Assembly: GCA_052426225.1 (NCBI GenBank)
Contig: JBNJNM010000015.1
Span: forward strand, 496,001-560,000
Direction of reading: 5' to 3'
Length of the DNA: 64,000 nt
DNA from: Zancudomyces culisetae HAW-14-8
Taxonomy: Eukaryota > Fungi > Kickxellomycota
Shown here: one piece after another, positions 1 through 12,146 of the stretch
How positions within the stretch are numbered: position 1 is the stretch's first letter
Layout: the number at the start of each line of letters is the position of its first letter
Position numbers and translations under genes: made by a program
Notes under the pieces: generated by a model
Database searches by the model: none
What the model was told of the DNA's origin: nothing
Seen by the model: the letters and a program-made list of their open reading frames with translations, nothing else

Positions 1-190
1 GAATATTAAACATAAAAATCAAATATTAAACACAAACTATAATGGCAAATCACCCTACTAACTAGATATAAAAAATATGCAACTATGCTAGAATAATCTT
101 ATTAATAGTACAAAATTTGTTTTTAAACAGAGCTCCTTTTCATAATCCAAGACCTATATTAACTGTTATAGTCACTTTACATAAACGACG

Positions 191-1910
191 TTAGTGCATA
201 TAAATATTGATAAGCATAACTGTAATGGCACCCATGTAAATAGAAAAGTACACAAATGAGTGTCTAAGTGGCAAATAGCTTTCGATCTTTTTAGAGTGTA
301 CTTCCCTTTCAAATAGATCAATTACCCCAACATATGCTAGTATTCCTCCTACTAAACCCTCGACTACACCTAGGAACGTAAGAACAGAAGTTTGATACGG
401 ATAATACAAATTATGAAGACTGCACCCTAAGATCAAGCCCACAGTTATTGTGGAGCACAAAAAGGTATGGTGAAATAGGACTTTAAGAGCACCATGATTA
501 AGCACATCCATCACCTGGGTTAGCACAGCGATACCCATAAATGAGGAATACAAGATTATTTCTCCCACAAAGACAAAATATTTCTCTTGCATGGTTGCTC
601 CAACATATACTCCATTAAGAAGAAGTTGTGTCAATACTGCAAATTCCATAATATACAAGCTATACTTTCTGGAGGCAAAATTTATTTTTTCTCTGTCAAT
701 TTTAAGTCTCTCATATGCCATCGTGCTTTGTCTTCCCTTATTTTTTTCGTTTATCGGTATTACCGCTGGGATATAATCTTTACTAAAAAGAAAGCTTTTT
801 CTTGGAGGACTGTGGAATGCATTGTTTGGCTTAGCTATTCCTTGCTGGTTTCCTACATTATTTATTGTGTTGTTTCAATTATCCTTGGTGGAGAAATTAC
901 TGAAATTAATGTTATTAGAGTTACCTTTAAAGTTATCATTAGCTGTGCCGTACTGCTGTACATTGACCTGAAAATTAGTATTTTGGTTAGCACCATTGTT
1001 TTTAAAATTTGCCTTCGGATCATGATTTTCAGGCGTTAAAAAACCATGCATATTGTAAGCATCATACGCATTTCCATTGGTCATTGGTATATTACGACCT
1101 TGATTTTGATCCTCCATAGGATTTAAGCATATATTATCTGGGTGGTATACCAGAGTTGGCTTGAACCCAATATCATAATGATTGGGTTGATTAGTGTTAT
1201 TTCCATTTGGCACGGCCAGCTTTTCAACGTTCCTATTGTGTATAGCTCTATACTCGTTCACCTGCTTATCAAAGCTAGGTTGCGTACTGTCTTGGTTTTT
1301 TATTTTTCTCATTTCCAAATCACTATATTTTCTTGGGCCACCCCCTTTTTTGTTGGTCAACATTTCGATTTCACTATCTTTTACTGCTATTACCAGTAAA
1401 TTTTGTATTAGCTGTGCCAAAAAGATTCCACAAACAAACATTATAGTTCCCCAAACATCTATATTTTTTTGAAGCGATGAGTTGCATTGATGATTAAGCT
1501 TGCTGGTTGAACTTGAAATATTTACAACGACTCTATGTACATAATACCAAGGCTACACATTACTTTTATTCATTATGATTGCAATCTATGAACATCCACC
1601 GCTCGCTAACACTTATTATGAATATCTATTTTTATACTTGATTCTGCAAACTACTGACCCGCAATGCGAGGAAATTCAATTATCAATATTCTTACCCTAT
1701 TGTTATTATCGCTCCAGCTGAAAAGTATTTTATAAAGTCGTAGGAGATTCTAAAGATTCGGAAAACCTTTAACACCCTACATGGTATCGGCAAAAATGTT
1801 GCGAATGACACCAATACTAGCACCATAAAAAAGGATGCTATGTGGTATTTAGTGTTCCAATCTTTGTAGTATCCCAAAGAACCACAATCGAATGCAACAG
1901 CTCTGTTCAT
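191..1910 (-). CDS. ZIP (Zrt/Irt-like) family membrane protein with degenerate metal site; predicted exons 1910-1696, 1532-925, 852-191 (~494 aa)
   Basis: Three minus-strand ORFs join through GT-AG introns (GG|GTAAG at 1695, CATAG| at 1533; G|GTAACT at 924, ATGTAG| at 853). TM pattern matches Zrt1-type ZIPs: HIASFFMVLVLVSFATFLPI (TM1), KYFSAGAIITIG (TM2, cf. K.FG.GVIIATA), IMEFAVLTQLLLNG (TM4, cf. ILEFGVIFHS), GVVEGLVGGILAYVGVIDLF (TM7, cf. G.LD.ISAGILLY..LV.LL). The second intron is less certain. Confidence 0.75.
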
Positions 1911-3637
1911 TTTAATATCAAATACCCTACCAAATTATTCTGTAGCTGACTTTTTTTATGTATTCAAAATCAAAATATATGCTTTTATTCTCTTTACTCT
2001 ATTTAAATTAAGTATAAGCTAGAGTCCATAGAAAAGTAATAGCAATATAAACAACTGAATATATGAAAATTCGAATTCAGCAAAAATTCAAAAATTTCTG
2101 GTTATTAGACGCTCTTCAAATAATATAATCCATATATGTAGACATCTGTAGTCGAGCCAAATGCTTTCGAATTGACGCACGTATCATTACAGTAAAAGTA
2201 TTATAAAAAAATCTGGTAAATCACCAACAACTAGGAATGGTACCACACTGTATTTATTTTTTGAGATACTGTGGAGATAAATGGGTGTGTCTTTAGTTAC
2301 AATAGCAAAAAAAATCCGTGTGTACTTGTATGTATTTCAAAGTAAAAACTTTATTCAGGATGGCTATGATTATGTGGTGTGGTCTTGTAAATGATCATCA
2401 TGCTTTAACTGATATTGATCATGTGCAGAAAAAATTAAACGGTGGTATATGTTTTCCTTTTACTTTCCCCGCAAAAAGCCAACAACAAATACAACCATAC
2501 CAATAATGGAGGGTTTTTTTTTGCTCAATAGGTTTATTAAAAAATACCAGATAGAAATATTGGGTCAAAATGGTATCAACCCTCATTTGCGTCTCGTTGC
2601 AGTTTATTGAACAGAGGGATGGCAATAATAGGTCTTTGGAAATTACAGGAGCTAATGGCTGAATTTTGATAATACAATATGGTGGACCGTATACACTTAT
2701 TTAACTGCACGTGGGAAGAACTGGCCAATATTTAACTCTAAACCGCTTCAATAATTAGTATCTCAACCCATCCTATTTAGAAAAGGTACTCTTTACTCCT
2801 TGCCAATTTATTTTGTCTCCTGAAGTATAATTCTGTGCTGATAATTCAATTCAAAGGTATCTTACAAAGCTCGACTTATAACTCTCTATGACTGATCATG
2901 GATCTCATTTTCAAAGTCTTAAAGATTTATTTCAGAGAACTTGTTTTGACCCACCATCCTTTTTTACACTATTTTTAGTTTGCTAAAATAAAATAAAATA
3001 AAAGAATAATACACAATGTGTATGAATCTGATTCTCCTCTGTGCCTTTAGGAACCCCATATCCTCTGTATGTATGCATAAGGGCTGCCCTCCACCTTTTC
3101 ACCTTTTTGGTAAAATCTCACTTACGCTTAGCAACTAATAGAAACTTGAAAGTATGTTGAAGAACGTATAAGTTACATTCAAGCTTAACCTGCCCATGGT
3201 ATTAAAAAATTCAGGACACACACCCAACCATTGGATGTACTTATGTTGGAATGTGTTGAGTTTGACTTTATTGAGTGTAGTCGCAACTGTATTGAGTGAA
3301 CCACAACTTTCTTATGAATGGAGCTTCGTTTCTCAATTTTATATGAATAAATCAAAAGAGTGTATAGTTTTCAAATTATGGATATACCTAAAAGTCGCCA
3401 AAACTACACTTTTTAGGGTTCAAATTATTTTTATTTATATAGCAGAAGCAAAAAACGTAAGATTATTAATAAAAACTATAGTTATGGAAAGACAAATGCA
3501 AGGCTGTCCAGCATAGTATCCATTTTTTGTTATTTTCGCTTTTATCACTTCGTTTCACATCCTTAAAGTAGATATAAGGTGTTTTAAATATTCCTGCATA
3601 AATCACCAACCACTAAATTTTCATAGAAGCATTTGGC

Positions 3638-3790
3638 TTATTTTAGGATACGTGTAATTGTCCTAACATCATTGTGGATCTGAACAAATAGTACCAATGC
3701 CCAGATAGCTAAAGCAACCTGCCCTAAGCTAATGATGAGAGTAAACGCCATGGAAATAACACCTACAGCCATACCTCCCGTACCTTCCAT
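3638..3790 (-). CDS. Putative 50-aa single-pass membrane micro-protein (MEGTGGMAVGVISMAFTLIISLGQVALAIWALVLFVQIHNDVRTITRILK)
   Basis: ATG at 3790 in good context (A at -3, G at +4), TAA at 3640-3638; more GC-rich than flanks; ~28-residue hydrophobic stretch followed by a short polar/basic tail. Below the 60-aa cut-off of the ORF track. Confidence 0.55.
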   Translation of the reverse strand: MEGTGGMAVGVISMAFTLIISLGQVALAIWALVLFVQIHNDVRTITRILK

Positions 3791-6506
3791 ATTGTGATTG
3801 ATGCTAAGTTATACTAAACTGCAAAATTATTGAAAGAAATTAAAAAAAACTACCACAGTATGAATATTACACTGCTTGATAATGATGCCGTCAAAAGTTG
3901 GAGAAAACTCGGATTAATATAGTTTTTTAGAAGACTTCGTTGCTATGAAATTGTGAATTGATACTTCTCTGTAATTCAGACAAGTTTCAACTATTTGGTG
4001 TATTTTTTATTATGTTGCCCCTGTATTGCCTACTCTCTACCTTATGATAGCAACTTTCCAATGTTTACGCACTTGGGCTTTTTGTAATTTAATTTATGAT
4101 TTGGATAAACTACAAATTTATTTAAAAATGTAAAGATGTGTGAACACAACCAGAGATAATAATACATCGTAAACTAAACTAGCGTATATGTAAAAACCTA
4201 GAGGAAAAAAATGCTTTATGATAAATTAATTAAACTAATACAACACTTTTTCGTATAATATTTTAAACGCTATGTTTGTCAATGTGTAGTTTTTACCCAT
4301 TCGCTAAGAACCCCAGGTTTCATGAATTTCCATTATTTGATCATCCTAATGTGGTTTTTATACAACAGTCCTAATGTACGTTTTACACATATAGGATGGT
4401 AAGGGACCGGAGATGGTGGAAATGTTTACTTTTTCTTTTTTCAGAATTTAGCATACATTATTAATCTACGTTTTTATTAAGTAAACTCAATACAAGAGCT
4501 ACATAAACAAGAATTAATAAAACGCTCCGCTACGCACATGTAACCAGAGTCATAGAAAACAATGTTTAACTTATTCATTGAGAAGAAATGATGCGATCTT
4601 ATTGCTATGCAGCATTTAATGGTTTTATTAGTTGATTCCGCTGAATTTAAATCAATCAAATTTTTAGTTAAATAAATTTGTCGTTTCTTGAATCTAATTG
4701 TAGTAATAAATATTTAATCATAGCAGCTATAAGCGGCCCGTCTCGTGTAATTCTTGGCAGCAAATAGCTTCCAAGTAGGACGTAAAGCATTAATACTACA
4801 CGACACCTATTGTACTAAAAGCCGCGTGAAGCTTTTTGTTTGAAGATACTTTCATTTAAATTCAAAACTGAACACATTAAATGCTTTTTCACTAACTGTT
4901 GGACAATGAAATTGCATATAATATAAATATAGTAAATACTTAAAATCAGTTTATTTAACATGAAGGTTACATAGAATATCATTCTGATTCCCCTTCTGTG
5001 TTTTTAATATATTTATCAACTAAATTGAACCATCGATAACGGATGATTCAAATAATAATTAATTACCATATTGCTTTATTTAAGTCAAATTAAGTTAATT
5101 TAACTGATATTAAATCAGTATAAATCAAATAAAACTTGTTTAGAGATCCAGCAGAAGAAAACAAGGTAAAAAAAATCCTGATCTATTTCATATGCGACAC
5201 GCTCAGTATCAGGTGTATACTGAAATTATGTTATTTAATAAGTAATATGTACTATGTTCACTACGGTATGAGTGCTTTATTATTACTGAATTTTTAAGAA
5301 TTTGAGAAGGGGAGTGTCTAGGTGCGTCACTCTTCTTGTTTTGTATTTTTTTAATGGTATGATATGACTATTAAACTAATATGAGTTCTATGTACAATTA
5401 AACGTATGTTGTTATAAATAAACAATTATGATGTCAATACTAGTGTCGTGATCAACCATTAACATTCAGAAACATGAAAAACGGAGCAGGAACATAGTTA
5501 GTTACATACATAGTTTACTTTATATACAAATAACTAGATACATAGGCAAAGTCGATAGTCAGTTAGCTACTTTGCAGCTAAGAGTTTTAGTTAGATAATA
5601 ATATAGCTATATGATTAAGTTAATGGAGATAAACAATAAAGTTGATGATATCACTTCACTAGCATCTTGAAAGTTGAATAAACATTAATTGCAATTAAAA
5701 TAAACCATAGAAACGATATTTGGATAGTACAAAAAAACTTTGTTGGTGTCGTATTTATGTAAGGCTATTTTCCACTTATCGAGAGTAAAAGTAAAGACCA
5801 AATTATTAGCCTTACCCTCAACAATCGAACTTGGTTAATAATCGCCTTTAACATGCATGGTGCCTAATTTTGACTGGATTGAACAATGCAATAAGGTTGC
5901 TTTATAATGATATAAAATACAAAAAATCTAATAAAACAGAATTAAGAAAACAGAAAAAATTCATATATATATATATATTCATTACTCACGCAGTATGGAA
6001 AAAAGGGGTCAAAGTGGAAGCATCAGTTCTTATCACTATATTAGCGTTTATTTTCTTTATATATCTACATCTAAAAAACCAGTCTAATAGGATCCCACAA
6101 TAAATAAAATATCGAGCACACACTTAATATTGATCACTGTAATATAAAAAGTAAGAAATTGAATTTTAATATGGTACTGGGTAGAAAAAACGAAAATTCC
6201 AAAGTAAGAATCATTTATGTACAAAGTGTTATTACTACCTAAAAATAACAACTTTACCCCAATGGTATAATAGCAGATAGAACATTTGATTAATTAGTTA
6301 TTCGTTGCTAGGACATTTAGTTAATCGCCAAAAATTCATAAAAAATAAATAATAGTATACTCTTGTCTCGAGCATAGCAAAATATTGACAAATCTGTACT
6401 TTTTAGAGTTCAAAACACTTTCACTTATATATCCAGATGCAAAAAACGTAAATCAATACTAACAAAAGTTATAATTATGTAAAAACAATTGCAAAACTGT
6501 TCAGCA

Positions 6507-6579
6507 GCCCGGCTAGCTCAATCGGTAGAGCGTGAGACTCTTAATCTCAAGGTTGCGGGTTCGACCCCCGCGTTGGGCT
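6507..6579 (+). tRNA. tRNA-Lys (anticodon CTT)
   Basis: Acceptor stem GCCCGGC/GTTGGGC, D arm TAGCTCAATCGGTAGAGC, anticodon arm TGAGA-CTCTTAA-TCTCA, T loop GGTTCGACCC, no intron, TTTT just downstream. Confidence 0.97.
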
Positions 6580-7389
6580 TCACTTTTGCCTTTGTTTGCT
6601 CCATCTTGCACTCGGTTTTATCTTAAACATGATATATTTTGGTTCTATAGCTATTTTATTTCAAAGTAAATCCAAATCTTCATTAATTTTTTTGAAAAAG
6701 TGACAACTCGCTCACACTCTCTCATTCCTAGCTTTTTACGAACCACCAGACGTACACTGTCTACCATGAACAAAACAGATTCAATAAATAGAGAAAAATG
6801 GCATCCCATCCATGCTGTATCTTTTTTTTCTTCGTTTGTTTCTTATCCTTAATAGACTTTGGTTACACAAACTTCGAGTTTCCATCAATTTCATTCAAAT
6901 CACAAAATGATTCACAGTTGAATTTCTGCAACATTTTCTGTTTTCACCACCCTATTCAACTCTCACAACTAGATCGCAAAGTAAACAAACGGAAACAAAA
7001 AACACACATACACCAAACACACAAACACTAAAAACAAGTTGCGACAAGTTTCGGAGCAAATTACATATTTGGGCTCTGTTCTGGTTTGTAGTAAATAAAG
7101 TGATCAAGCCCCCCCTCCCCCCCCTCATAACACATTTAATTAACACCACTCCGAGTCACGAATCTCTTGTAAAGAGCAGGTTTATGAGACAGGCGGGTTA
7201 GCAAAAAAGTGTGTGTGGCCAAGGTGATTAAGCGTTGAATATAGCTTTGTAGAATCTTTAGATTTATTAAAATAGGAATACACACGAGCGTATAGCACAT
7301 ATGCAAAAACAGTTCAAAAACAGTACATAAATAAGTAAAAGGTGACATATTGCTGTGTTTATTGACGTCGTGGTCTTTAAACAGTTTGT

Positions 7390-8361
7390 TTAAACCAAAC
7401 CATCATAAAGGTTAAGAGCCTGCATTATTAGCGCATCCTGTAATGCACCTTTCTTGAATTCCGCAAAGTCTATCCTCTTATCATTATTCTATTTTTTCGA
7501 ATTATATCAAAGAACACAATCAATACTTTGGAGTCATAAGTAGAAGATCAGTATACTGCTAGAAAAATTAATATGCACTTACAACATCCATTAAGGTGAA
7601 TATTTTTTTAACCCTTTTCTCCGGTGTATCTTCGTCGGAGGGCAATTTCGCCATACTTCCAAGCATTCTGTAAATTGAATCTACAATTTTTAGCATCTCC
7701 TCCTCCGTAATATACCCATCCTTGTCTATATCATAAATCTCGAATGCCCCTAGGTTTATATATATACGTTTGGTTATTTTATCGTCATCGCTTGAGCCTC
7801 GGATGCAAAACAAGTAAATAGTGGGTATCAACTATTACAAAAGGTGAGAAAAAATAAATCAAGTCGTAAATTGCTGAGAGTATTCTTACATGTTAATTTT
7901 TCCTCTACAGTTCCTCTGGAGGTAATTGAAAGTGCTTGCAAAAACTCTTTAAAATCTATTTTGCCGTTTTTATTCTTATCAAATACATCGAATACATATT
8001 CCGAGAACGTAGAGGAATCGCCAAAGGGAAAGAACTTTTTATAAATCAATTTGAACTGCTCCTTGTCGATTACTCCGTTTGGGCAATCTGCCACAAATCC
8101 CTTGTACCTATCATCAAAAGAGTAGTGTTTTTTCAAGCAACATTGAGAGCTGGAATGTTAGATATAAAGTAAGATTAAACATCACGCATCGACGATGTGA
8201 AAAATTACCATTGTTTTATTTCCTTCCTATCGACTATTTTGTAGAATAATCTGATTTTACTTTGGCTCAGGTTTTATTTTTATAATGTATAACTTACAGT
8301 ATGTATTATTCTGTAGTTCGAGAAGCTGTTCTTCTGTAAGCTTACTGTTTGATTTCCCCAT
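7390..8361 (-). CDS. NCS1: Neuronal calcium sensor 1 / frequenin (myristoylated EF-hand protein); exons 8361-8298, 8233-8209, 8107-7890, 7749-7583, 7488-7390 (190 aa)
   Basis: MGKSNSKL N-terminus, [22 protein letters not shown] hands [12 protein letters not shown] and [26 protein letters not shown]-terminal ALNLYDGLV. All four introns are GT-AG and phase-compatible; spliced length of 190 aa matches the family. Confidence 0.96.
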
Positions 8362-10599
8362 TATTTCGCACTTTTTAAGAATGAGATGTACCTTTAAAGC
8401 TGTAGAAATATAAATTGCAAAAACGCTTTTTTAATTTCTCAGTTCGAAGAGGCGCTTTTATGTTGGAAATACCATTTATCATCAATTAGGCGAATGCATA
8501 ATAACGCCAAGTTTCTAGGTAAAAGATATTGGTATGACAAGCGATTTCATTGGTGGTCAAATGTGTGTATTTTCCCAGGTGTTTTTGTGGTGTAATGTGA
8601 TGGGCCTTAGATATCCCAAAGATTGTTTTTTTTTTGTTAAACACTTTCAAACAAACGTGTTAGAGTACAGCTACTTTAGCTAATGAGAGCTTGTTTAATT
8701 TAAACAAAGTTATATAAGATTATTGGTCAGTACATCTCTTGTTCCTATTTCAAATAATAAAAGTCAAACATCTTTTAAAAGACAAATAAATCATGTTGCG
8801 TAACGCTATTGTTGCGATCGTTATAGAGTTGCACGGTCCAAACACCTTATCTAACTATCAGCTGAATGTTATATAGTCACACACCTCATCTATTCCTAAT
8901 TGTCTTGTATATATCCTTGTAAATACTATATTATCTTACATACAATACTTATACTTTATATAAATGCTTGTTTAAACACAAAGACAAAAACATAAAGCCA
9001 CATCTGCTAACCTGGTGAAAACAGACTAATTTTCGGTAAAAGTCTATTCAAAACTTTTTGTAAAGTTATACACCATTTTTCTTGGCATAACTGAAAAATT
9101 TTGGGATATATTCACCACACACAACACACGATGGGGAGGGTTACTTTTCTCTCAGGTAGAAGAAATCTAGCGGATTCTTTCAAGCTATTTTAACCAAGTT
9201 TGGGCAATCGCTGAAAAATAAAGGAATAGAAAGCGTGCTTGCTTTACTTTAAGCTTACCCTTAATAAACACCAAAGTTTAGTAAAAGCGACTTCCCAGGT
9301 TTTTTTTTGATGTTATTCAAGGTGCACATTCAACAACTACTTCAAAAGTCTGTCAAAGTTTTTTCAAATCCATTTCTCCTTTTTTAAAGTTCACAGTTCG
9401 ATTGTTTACAATACCAGGTGCATGTGTGAGTATAGGAGAAGAATTCATGTCTGTGATTTAAGTATTAAGTGAAAAATGAGATGGTAACCGAGAGCTGAGG
9501 CACAAAAGTGTTCATGTGGAAAGGCACAGGCAGATACACGCATATGACAAAAAACCCATATTTTCTAAGCTTTGACGAACACCGCCAATATGCTGAGGTA
9601 TCCTGGAACAGTACTATCGTTCTTTGATGCTATAGTCATACATCATCAAACAGTAGATTTTTTAAAAAAAAAACTCTATTTGGTATATGAGAAGTGCGTC
9701 TTTCCATGCCCATCTTTTTTAACAAGGGAGAAGGGGGAGTTGATAACCTCCTACTACTATAGTGGCACTTTATGTATAATTTATCTGGAACAAAAATATT
9801 ATCTTTTTTTGGTTATATGGGGTTGAGAATGAAATTTCACGGGACAACCTTACTAAAATACCATCGTTCTTTTAGCAAAAATTCTCTCATAAGCACCATC
9901 AAGTTATTTCATGTGATATGATCTTTTTTTTTGTTTTTTTAACTTTAAACATTTTTGCAAGAAATGTGAATAACACGTTTTTGTGTGTGGTATTTCATGG
10001 TATAAACCATTTTATAATGATACAAGTGGTTCAATAACAAAAGTAATGAAGATGTGGATTTGTAAACAGGAAACAATTGATGATACTATTTAGCAATTTG
10101 TGGACTTCTGAAGTTACCACAATAAAAATAACCACAAAAAAAATACAAAAAAATTGGCCGATATTAGCATTAACTCATCACTTACTAATTCTTTCTTTTC
10201 ATTGGGAACTAAACAGCCTCTGTTTATAAATTTCAGGCAATAAAATAAAATAAAATAGTTTAGTGGCGAAAAAAAGCATTTTACACAACATTAACATGTG
10301 TTTACAAAAACACTATGCAACAATTGGATCACTTAGGGCTTAGTTTTAGCCTTATCTAAGCCAACTTTGTCAAATTTGACTCGACCCGATATTTTGTATC
10401 TCGCTTTTAGTAGCTCAGAATTCCCTTGAGTACAGCAAAAAAAAGAAAACTATCTCGAATACAACAAAAAAAAATTTTTTTTAATCGAGGGAAAAAAAGT
10501 GTATTTAAGCAACCGCAATTCAGGACAGAAAATTTTTTCTTGGAAGTTATCTCACAATTTTTAAAAACTATAATAAAATATAGGAGATAACTTTCCGCG

Positions 10600-11256
10600 A
10601 TGGCTCAAGAATCAAGTTGGATCGATGTTACTGGCAATGGTGTCGGGTATAATCTCAGCCACTTTACATACCCAGAGCATTATTCTGAGGATATCACTGA
10701 TGTCATCATTCCAAACGGTCTTATAATAGATCGTGTTGAGAAGTTGGCTCGAACCATAATAGAACAGTATGATGGCCGCTTAGTTATATGCTGCGTGCTA
10801 AAAGGAGGACATCAGTTCTTTGCTGATCTGGTCAGTTTCTTGAAAAAATTCACAAACAAGGATGGAAAGCATCTTCCTTTCTCACTAGATTTTATCAGAC
10901 TTCAAAGCTATTGCAATGATGAGTCAACTGGAGAGGTCAAGATATCCATGACAGAGAAGGAGCTTCGTGATCTCGAAGGAAAGGACGTTCTGCTCGTCGA
11001 AGATATCATTGATACAGGGAAGAGCATGGTCACGTTGCTTGACTGCTTGAAACGCTACAACCTGAAGTCTGTAAAGGTGGCGTCGCTTCTTTTGAAGGAT
11101 ACCCCCCGTTCAAACGGATTTGTTCCAGACTACGTTGGCTTTTTGATACCCGACAAGTTCATTGTAGGATACTGTCTCGATTACAATGATGTGTTCAGAG
11201 ATTTAGATCATATCTGCACCATCAGCGAAATTGGAAAGAAAAAATATGCCAAATAG
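10600..11256 (+). CDS. HPRT1: Hypoxanthine-guanine phosphoribosyltransferase (metazoan/protist-type HPRT), intronless, 218 aa
   Basis: CVLKGGHQFFADL, DFIRLQSY, PRPP-binding loop VLLVEDIIDTGKSM, VASLLLK, FIVGYCLDYNDVFRDLDHI. Confidence 0.95.
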   Translation: MAQESSWIDVTGNGVGYNLSHFTYPEHYSEDITDVIIPNGLIIDRVEKLARTIIEQYDGRLVICCVLKGGHQFFADLVSFLKKFTNKDGKHLPFSLDFIRLQSYCNDESTGEVKISMTEKELRDLEGKDVLLVEDIIDTGKSMVTLLDCLKRYNLKSVKVASLLLKDTPRSNGFVPDYVGFLIPDKFIVGYCLDYNDVFRDLDHICTISEIGKKKYAK

Positions 11257-12146
11257 ATGATGTATTCATTTTTAACCACTTTTTATTCCCCCCTCCTCCA
11301 CATAATTTTCTATCCTTTTTTTCACTTTTCATATAACATAGCATTGGCAAAGTGGAAGATCTATATCTGATTTTTTTTGATAACTATTTTCTTAAACCCC
11401 CTCCCCCCTAGTGCAGTAAATAGAGATAATAAACTGTAAATTTTTTTGTACAAAATTTCCTGATGTGGTCAACTACAATCCGTTTTGCATCTGGGTTTCT
11501 TGCTGAGCGCGGTAGGATTGGTTGTATTGTGGTGTAAAGAGAAACTGTCTACCTCTCCTCATTTTGCCTGTTGTTTGGTTTATGTTTGGTTTATGTCTAG
11601 TCTTTTTAAATAGAATATCGCCCGCAACTTTGAAATTTGCAGATATACGTAGAGATAAGACATGGATGTCACAGACGCATCTCCAGGCCGATGGGATCAA
11701 ATACTCAGTAAACCAAGAGTTTGTATATGCTTATATTGGCGGTAAATATAATAAATCAGGGTATGGTGTTATCTGCTGGAATACATTATAACTTGGCGCA
11801 CTATGGTATTTGAGTTCAGCAACCTTGGTGCTTATTACGTCTTTAAATAAGATCGTAGAGAAAGCACGAAAAGATTACTCAACCAATAGAAAGATCAGTT
11901 GCTTTCATCAGTAGCGCGACCAACGGCGATCTTTGCAAATGTAAATGCCTGAGGTAGAAATGGCAAGTAAATGTTTTACTCTTGTAAAGTATTAAAGTGT
12001 TTATCTCAACATAATAAAAACATAAAACAATCAAAGAAAGTTTGAAGAAATACAAACATAATCTGGTGTCATACAATAGTAGTGCATAACATCTCTGTAC
12101 TAGTTAAAGAGTCGACTAATAATAATAACTATAAAATGGAGACGGG

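Noticed and set aside
875-877. In-frame TGA read as selenocysteine (some early-diverging fungi use Sec)
   Set aside because: It lies in a low-complexity Asn-rich loop, not a redox motif; I see no SECIS-like stem in the visible 190 nt of 3' region; a GT-AG intron can remove it.
2888-2977. MTDHGSHF, resembling a retroviral integrase D-x-G-x-x-F motif
   Set aside because: 29-codon frame bounded by stops, with no other integrase, RT or LTR evidence nearby.
11473-11791. Overlapping short ORFs between HPRT and the H1-like gene
   Set aside because: No recognisable motif or coherent splice model; cannot distinguish from chance.
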